Shown here: positions 52,490 through 60,000 of the stretch, piece by piece | Numbering within the stretch: position 1 is the first letter of the stretch | How the letters are laid out: every line of letters begins with the position of its first letter | The notes under the pieces: model-generated | The model's database searches: none | The model's input: the letters and a program-made list of their open reading frames with translations, nothing else | Told to the model about the DNA's origin: nothing | From: Felis catus | Taxonomy: Eukaryota | Length of the DNA stretch: 60,000 nt | Assembly: GCF_018350175.1 (NCBI RefSeq) | Contig: NC_058382.1 | Coordinates: 54,996,001 to 55,056,000, forward strand | Reading direction: 5' to 3' | Position numbers and translations under genes: made by a program

Positions 52490-53050
52490 AAGTAAACTTT
52501 TCACTAAGGCGTTGCATTCAGAAAAGTGCACGCATCGAAAGAGTTACTGCTGGATGAATTTCTCCCAAATTCTCACAGAATTGACCCGATGAACCATCAC
52601 CCAGATTGAAAAACAGAGCGACTGCCTCCCAGGTGTCTCCTCGGCTCCCCGCCCCCCACCTCCCCCTTCAGAAGTCCCCTGTCCTACCTTTTATTAGCAC
52701 AGATTCGTGTTGCATGTATCTGAACTTGGTATAAATGGAATCACATGTGTTGAACTCTTTTGTGACCGGTTCCTTTGACTCAAAATTAGAAGATTTCTCT
52801 CTGCTGTTGTGGGCAGCGTTACTGTGTCCATTTGCTCTGCTGCGTGGCATTCTTGTTGAATGAAGGGGCTCTGTTAATTTGTCCTGTTGTGCAAAGGTAT
52901 TTCTAGTTTGGGGCTACTGCAAATAGGACCCTTACAGACATGTCTTTTGTTGAGCACAGGCCATAGAGCAGGCCTAGGGTCCCTTTTGTGGACACTGCCC
53001 AGAGATTTCCAAAGTGGTCATCCCAAGCTATACACCCGCCGGCAGAGGAC
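52490..53050 (-). mobile_element. Old L1 remnant
   Basis: cagaaaagtgcac, ataaatggaatcacat and tttccaaagtggt motifs. Confidence 0.65.
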
Positions 53051-53070
53051 ATTTAAAAATCATATTTATG

Positions 53071-53274
53071 GGGGCGCCTGGGTGGCTCAGTTGGTTAAGC
53101 GTCTCACTTCGGCCCAGGTTGTGATCTCACAGTTCACGGGTTCGAGCTCCGCGTCTGGCTGTGTGCTGACAGCTCGGAGCCTAGAGCCTGTTTCGGATTC
53201 TGTGTCTCCCTCTCTCTCTGCCCCTCCCCTGCTTGCACTCTGTCTCTCAAAAATAAATAAATGTTAATTTTTTT
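53071..53274 (+). mobile_element. CAN-SINE (SINEC_Fc-type)
   Basis: Full head. Flanking repeat tttaaaaatc(a/c)tatttatg at 53052-53070 and 53275-53293 contains a TT/AAAA L1 endonuclease-type site. Confidence 0.96.
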
Positions 53275-55392
53275 TTTAAAAATCCTATTTATGAAGGCTT
53301 TTTTGATACTAAAAAGGACAAAAAGAACTAAAAAATTTCCCACTGCCCATAAATCCGTTAACACATCTTAAGTTAAAAAAAAAACAAGCAATAATTTATT
53401 TACATGTTAACAAAATGCTTGCATTTCGACTGCGGGGTGTGGTGCGTTTTGACTGTTGTATTCACCTGAATAACCACCACCGGCATTCCTGTCACCCCAG
53501 AAGTTTCCCTCATGCCCCTTTCCAGCCAGCCCCCCGCTCCCCCAGGCACCCTCCGTGGACACTCGAGGAACACGCGGGCCGTGGGAGCGTGTGGCGATTC
53601 TGAACGGCACACGGCGGGGGTCTCTTCCCCACGCCCCATTTCCCGAAGGCAGGCCTGTGAGCAGTCTCCCGGGGCCTTCCAGAAGTTTCTCTGAATGTCC
53701 CTCTTCAGGCGCCACACAGATCGTTTCACCCACGCTGTTTGATTCCTCTCTCCTTTACCCTGAATTACGTATCACGGCGATCTGTGTGTCAGCCCACACA
53801 GATCCTTTTTATGGCTTTGTAGTACTCCGTTCAGACGAGGGTCAAACTGGGTGGGACCTTGTATCTTCCGGTAAAAGGGAAAACACTGTTGTGTACGCGG
53901 GGAAACCGAGTTCCTGAGAGAAAGGATGGCGGTAGGATAACAGTTGTTGGGCGCCCAGAGGCAGTGAGAACAGCCGGCTGTGTAACCCCCACCCCTTCAG
54001 ACGCCCCCCCGCCCCCCTCAGCCATCCCCGGTTGATGGGTCAAGAACCTGGAGTTGGGGGCCCCCCAGCCCCCGGGTGGAATGACCTGCCCCAGGCCACA
54101 GGGCAGGAACCCGGCATCTCCTGGGTAGCAGGCCTTTCCCTGCGCCCTCCTGCCCCAGCCAGGGCTTTCCCAGCCCCCTCCAGAGGGCCGGCCTTGGGCT
54201 TTGGCCGCCCAAGACACCCCCACCTCCTTGTGTGTGAAGGTCTTCCTGGGCCTCGGGAATGGCACATGACAGCCGGCTCTCCACATGGCCAAGAAAGAAG
54301 TGCATTTGTGGGCTGTTGGGTTTTTTTCTTTGTTTTTGGCTTTGTTTCCCACCCCCCCAGACAAGGAAGGGGGGGACCAGAGCCTTGGTGTGCCATCCCA
54401 CGCTCGCTTTGATGGGGGCCGATGAGTCACCATACAAGGAAGTTTTTTCACGTAAATGGTTTGCGGGTGAACTTGTTTTCTGCCCTTTAAGGCAGAGTTT
54501 TTTGGGTTTTTTTCTCTTTCTGTCTCTTTAAAGAAGAGCCTTTAAAACAAACGGGAGGCAGTATGTTGGCTAGCAAGACCTTCCGTTCTGCGGGAGTCTG
54601 CACCCTTTCGTGGTGGGGTTGGTGGGGAGGGAGCCCCGGAGAGGCGGACGCCGATTCGCTCTCCGCTGGGGCCGCGGCGGGTGGTCTGGCCTCAAGGGGA
54701 AGGTGGCCTTCTGTTCTGTTTGCCTCCAAGGCTCCTACCCGACTGTTAGCTCTGTTGGCTCGGAGACCAGGCCAAACAGACTCCAAAAAGAGCAGCACCT
54801 GTCCCCACAGAGGAATTAGGGCCTCGCCTCACCTGATGATCATAAAATACCCGGCGGGACAGCCAGCTCAACCCTCTGGATGGAACGGTGTTGTGGAGAG
54901 AGGCTAATTGACCGGGAGACGAAGACAGAGCCCCCCCCCCCCCCCGCCCCCTGCAGCCTTAGTGGCCATCACCCCTGCCCCCCTCCCTCGAGAATCCTGG
55001 TGCCTTCTCAGAGCCAGAGACGGTTTCACAGAAGACGCTGAAGTGGACGGAAACCCCCTTGGGGGGCAGCGGAAGCCACCCTGACAGTTGGCAGAAGGCC
55101 AAGGTGGTTTGTTGTCTGGTGGGGCGGGGGGGGGGGCGGTCAGAGAAACACGGGGCGCCAGGCAGATGTTTGGATAAGACCCTTTGGCAGTGTGGATGGA
55201 ATCTGATTTCCGGTTGGAGCAGATGTTCAGGAACGCGTGGACCCTGAAAAGCACACCCGGGAAGTCGGGGGCCAAGTCAGCATTGACCAAGCGGCCCATC
55301 CGCGTCCGTTGGCTCTGAAGCCTTTGTCACCATCCGCTCGGAACTAGAATGCTCTTTATCTTCTCCCAGCCACGGACAGAGGGGTTCTGAAC

Positions 55393-55528
55393 TGGTGGTT
55401 CTCAAAGTGGGGTTCCCAGACCAGCAGCATCAGCTTCCCCTGGAAATTTAGGAGACGTGCAGACCTGTCCCATAATCCTGAATGTCCTCCAGGTGACTCT
55501 GATGCCCACCGAGGCTCAAGACCTGCTA
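55393..55528 (+). mobile_element. MER5A-like DNA transposon, internally deleted
   Basis: gtggttctcaaagtggggttcccagaccagcagcatcagc...cctccaggtgactctgatgc. Confidence 0.8.
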
Positions 55529-57244
55529 CAGTAGCTTAAAGAAAGGGGGAAGAGCAACAGACATCTATTGAGTGCCTACTGTTTTCCCTCTGCTTCACCT
55601 GTGTTGTCCTGTTGAGGCCATATGGTGTCGCAGAGGGGTGGGGATTATATCCCCCTTTCACAGACAAGAAAGCTGCCCATCAGTTGAAATAACTTCCCTG
55701 TGTGTCCAAGCCAGAATTCAGACCCAGGTCTGAGCCTCCTTCTGTGACCTCTGCACCCTGTTGCTGGGTTCCTCTTGGCCCAAAATCAAGCGTAAACAGC
55801 TGAACGTATCCGTAACTTTTGGATCACTCTCCCAGCATCTCCTCCGCGTGTGCAGATAACTGAGAGTCACCATGATGAACCCCCGCCCAACCCCCCAAGC
55901 CCCTCTCCTGCCTCCATCTTGAGCTTCCCCCAGGCAGGGAGAGCTCTCCGTGTGCCTGTCTGCAGGACCCTCCTCTTCAGGGCAAGGACAGCCTCCATGT
56001 AAGTGCCACCCCTCCAGAAGACCCCTACTCCGGAAGGCGGGGTAGACCTCTCACCACCGCTACCTGTCTGCACATGCACACTGGAGAGCAGCAGTGGGTT
56101 AGGGAACTCTTTTCCAGCCTGTGAACTAGGGCCCTTGGTAGAAGGAGCCGTGGCTCTGGCCCAGAAGAGGAGGCCCACTAGGAATGGAGGGGTTCCCAAA
56201 CAAAGAGATGAACAGATCCGATGCCCTTTGAAGGAATGCGAGCACTAGATAAACTTCTGAGACAAACACCGGAGCCCTCTCCCCACCCCGGGTTGAGATG
56301 CTACCAGCTTGAGGCCGAGCAAGGGAAGTCCTTATTTGGGATAGAGACTTCCCTTTATCAGGCCCTGAGGAAACAGGGCCCCGTGCTGTCCCTGCATATC
56401 AGGGAGCAAACCTCACTAGGGCCCGGCCCCTCCCACATGGCAGAGAAAGAGAGCAGCTTCTGGTACAGTATTTGTACATTTAAATTTATTTGGTGGGTTG
56501 CTATTAACCAGGGGTGTTTTCTCAGAAAATGGCATCTCCGATTCAGGGTTAGCGAGAGGCCCCCACTGCTGTTTTTAGTCCGTGTTCAGGGTCGAATGCG
56601 CTCTCCGGGCACAGGAACTCCCCTGGAAAAGTCATCGCAAAGTAATAGCATCTTCTTAAGCGGCAAGTTTGGGAAGTGGGGTCTCAGCCATGCCTGGGAT
56701 GTGCAGTGACTGTGTGGCGTTTATCATTCGGACGGGTGGGGACGGGGCTCCGGATGTTGGAGAGCTGGGGAGGATGGGTGGGTTGCCTTCTTGGAGACCC
56801 TGGTGGTGTGGCCCCCGAGGAGGGGCTCTTCAGTAAAGCTGCCTGGCCAGGAAGGGCGGGCGCTCAGGTATGGCGGTCACGGCCACCGACGGCCATGGCC
56901 AGAAAGACCTTCAGGAGGATTTGCCCAGAGGGCTGAGATCAGGCTGGAGGACTGCCCTTTGCTTCATTTTAATTTTCTAAATGTAAATGCTACCTTTGCC
57001 CAGTGAGACTCGAGGTGGCTTTACAAAAACACACAGCGTGGGGAGATCTGTACTGATTTGGAGCGCCTTCCTCCGGGGGTTAGGAGAGGAGAAGCAAGAC
57101 GCAGAATCTGTGTATAACGTGATGCTCCTTTTGTGCAATGAAACGGGGGACAAAACAGCAAAAGCTGAGGACCAAAATAAAGCTCTGTATTTGCATGTGT
57201 GGCCGTGGGGAAAGATCTGAATGAATACATGCCAGGGGCAGCAC

Positions 57245-57385
57245 ACTGCCCAGCCTACCGCCCGTTTTTATGAAGAAAGGGGCTTTGGGGGGACACAGCC
57301 CCACCCATTCACGCTGCCCCAGCAGAGTGTGGCCAGAAAAGCCTGGAATGTTGTTATCTTTACAGAAAACGTTTGCCGAACCCTA
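57245..57385 (+). mobile_element. MER58A-like remnant
   Basis: acacagccccacccattc...ctttacagaaaacgtttgccgaaccc. Confidence 0.7.
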
Positions 57386-58989
57386 GTATCCGTTGTGGTG
57401 TTAGCACGGGTTCAGGGCCACAGGGGTGGGGGAGGCGGCACGGGAGACAGAGGTGAGGTTAACAAAACGCCAACGTATATGGCGTGGGCTAAATTTATGC
57501 AAACTTTTATGCTGGTGTGTGCGTGCGTGCGTGCGTGTGTGCACACGTACACACAGAAAGGGAACCCGTTACATCACGGGCACCAGCACACAAACGTGCC
57601 GGCCGTGAGCCCCACGATGGAATTCTGGTGCCCTTTACTCTCCGCCCTTAACACCGTCTGTATGATTCCCTTTCCCGGTGAACATATTATTTCAAAAACC
57701 AGGTAATCTACAGGAACATGGAAAAGTCAAAAACATAGGAGCTCAGATCCCTTCCAGTTCTAAGAATGTGGGATTCTGACCGCTTTGAAAATTCTGTGGA
57801 AAGGACACCACCGCCTCCATGGTTCCAGTTTCTGAAACCTTTGGGTTTTTTTTTTTTTTAAGTTTCTTTTGAATGAAATAAATGCACAATACACGGATAA
57901 GGCTTCCTGTGACAATTTGAAAATTTACGGATAAAGCTGAAGCCCATCCTCCCCCCTTGGTTTTCCCTCAAGCCACTTCCCTCTGCAGGAAGACAGCTGT
58001 CATCAGCCTGACACTGTGGCCCCCCCCTCCCCCCCGCCGCTACGAGTTGGATCCTGTTTGCGGAGTGCGTGTGTGTAAATATATGTGCACACGTGTGTGT
58101 GTGTGGGCGTGTTTGCTGCTACGTTTAGTGTTGTCGTGGACGTGGAGCCCATGGCAGACCTAGTGTCCTCCGTTCTTGTGACAGCTGTGCGTGGGGGCCA
58201 CGGTGGGCTCAAGCACGTCTCCGCCGATGGGGGTTTCTCGTCTCCCATATTTTTCCTCAGAGGTGGACTGTCTTCAGTCAGTGTCCTGCTGGACTCAACA
58301 GTACCACTTACTGAGCACCTGCAAAGTGCTGGGCATTCAGCCCGAAATAGCGCATTCAGTCCCGTATCTCCATTTTGCAGATGAGGAAAGTAGGGTTCGG
58401 AGAAGTGATAGAACTGGCCTGAGGCCGCACACGACAGAAGTCCAAAATCAGATATGCCCCGCGCTTGGTTCATTGTACTGCGTGTTCCCAAGAGTCAAAA
58501 CAGGGGCCTTGTCTGAGCCTCTGAGTTCCCAGGAGCTGACAGGCCGGGGGGGTGGGGGTGGGGGGAGGCAAGCCAGTGAAGGGTGGGGAGGGTGTGGCTG
58601 AGTATGAAACTGGGGCTCCCTGCCGGCCTCCCTAGGGTGCTGTGATCACTCCGGAAGGCACGTGCAGCCCCTTCCTGGCTATCTTCGATGGTATTCCACA
58701 GCAGGGGGCTCCTGGGGAAGCGGCCTTCCCTGGGGTTACTGCCAGGTGGAGACAGGGTTGTGTTCCCAGAATGCTGTGGGCAGGTCCCGGGCCGTACCTG
58801 TGTGTGTTCCCAGTCTCCCTTGACCATGACTAAGGAAAGCAGGAGACCTGAGGAGGGGTCCTGGTTCAGACAGCTGGCTTTCACCCCAAGTGGGCAGCCA
58901 CCCCTCCCCCACGTTGTGGTCTCCTTGTCTGTACCGTGGGGTCGCGCTTGCCCCCTTAGACTGGACCGGCAGTACTGACCCCTCAGGAT

Positions 58990-59241
58990 CCTTCTCGTAA
59001 ATACAATCATATGGTATTTGCCTTCTTGTGACTGGCTTGTTTCATTCAGTGTAATGTCCTCAAGGTTCATCTGTGTTTTCGTGTGTGTCTGAATTTCCTT
59101 CCTTTTAGTACCTGTAGTTCCTTCCTTATACGTACCATATTGTATGCACTGCATTTGTCTGTGCATCCACCCATCCGTGGACACTTGAGTTGTTCCCACC
59201 CTTTCACTGCTGTGAATGATGCTTCTGTGCACATTGGTGCT
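58990..59241 (-). mobile_element. L1 3' remnant
   Basis: gtgactggcttgtttcattcagtgtaatgtcctcaaggttcatc. The minus-strand translation gives the L1-typical MNLEDITLNETSQSQEGKYHMI. Confidence 0.85.
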
Positions 59242-59254
59242 TAAATATACTTTA

Positions 59255-59310
59255 TTATTTTTTTAAGATTCACTTTTTATTTTTAGAGAGAACATGAGTG
59301 GGGCGGGGGG

Positions 59311-59354
<44 letters not shown>

Positions 59355-59478
59355 CTTAAGCACACTGCATGTTCACCGTCAGAGCCCAATGTGGGGCTCG
59401 ATCCCACGACCCTGGGATCATGACCTGAGCAGAAATCAAGAGTCGGATGCTCGACCGATGGAGCCACCCAGATGCCCC
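59255..59478 (-). mobile_element. CAN-SINE with expanded (AG)n
   Basis: Perfect 13-bp TSD taaatatacttta at 59242-59254 and 59479-59491. Confidence 0.95.
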
Positions 59479-59499
59479 TAAATATACTTTAAAATTTAC

Positions 59500-59643
59500 C
59501 AGTGACCCCCAAAATATGGGTGCCAGGCTCCACCTCGCCCCCAACACCCTCCTGATGAGCTTGTCCCGTGATCGGACTCTGTCATTGGAATATTGTTAAA
59601 CCCCCTTAGTGACTCTGACGTGTGACCAGGATTGAGAACCCTG
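59500..59643 (+). mobile_element. MER5-like remnant
   Basis: 3' end gtgactctgacgtgtgaccaggattgagaaccctg. Confidence 0.5.
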
Positions 59644-60000
59644 AAGTGGTTGTCTCGGGACGACACTTAGCACGGTGCCCGCCGCAGGAAGCCCTGGGCC
59701 GTCAGCCGGTGTGATGGGGTTCCCTTGGCTCATGTGTGACCCTCATAAAAGGAAAAGGAGTTCCGTTTTGACTCATGACTCCTCTCTGCCAAGGACCTGA
59801 GGTGGCCTTGTGCTAGCGTCCTGACTGAGTCCGGGAGCTCTCCCTGCCGCCTCCCTGGGTGTGCAGGTGGCTCCTTGAGACACGGCTGATGTTGCGGGTA
59901 CCCAGGTGTGCAGCCAACGCAGGGCCAGGCTCATGCCCTGGGGTAACAGGCTGGACGGGTGTCGAGCATGAACACTAGCATTTCCACCCTCCGAGGGAGC

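Larger units (their letters stand above)
43107..60000 (+). other. CMIP: CMIP intron 3, 5' part
   Basis: Starts gtaagt; the next CMIP exon was not found in the window. Confidence 0.8.

Noticed and set aside
58495..59232. 245-aa minus-strand ORF
   Set aside because: The N-terminus is the translation of an L1 3' remnant and the rest is unrelated intron; not a gene or intact ORF2.

Overview
Mammalian genomic DNA from a felid or other feliform carnivore, shown by 11 SINEC_Fc-type CAN-SINEs. It is GC-rich and lies entirely within the CMIP (c-Maf inducing protein) gene on the + strand. Only two coding exons are present: 31101-31226 (126 nt, PTGYMENSV...GTVLLQ) and 43056-43106 (51 nt, AANSYLRDQWFHSLQWK). 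From memory of the human gene these are exons 2 and 3, encoding part of the PH domain. The rest is intron (end of the long intron 1, the 11,829-nt intron 2, start of intron 3) filled with CAN-SINEs, many with visible target-site duplications, plus old L1, L2, MIR, CR1, MLT1 and MER remnants and simple repeats. Nearly all ORFs in the supplied track are chance or repeat-derived. I see no convincing new multi-gene system. The best leads are a CpG-rich candidate internal promoter or poison exon in intron 2 (about 33.9-34.5 kb), inverted SINE pairs around two stop-free phase-0 exons (possible circRNA with an endless ORF), several candidate enhancer motif clusters, a 34-bp minisatellite and an unexplained hairpin-containing insert in a MIR. 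Repeat subfamily names and old-repeat boundaries were judged by eye and are approximate.
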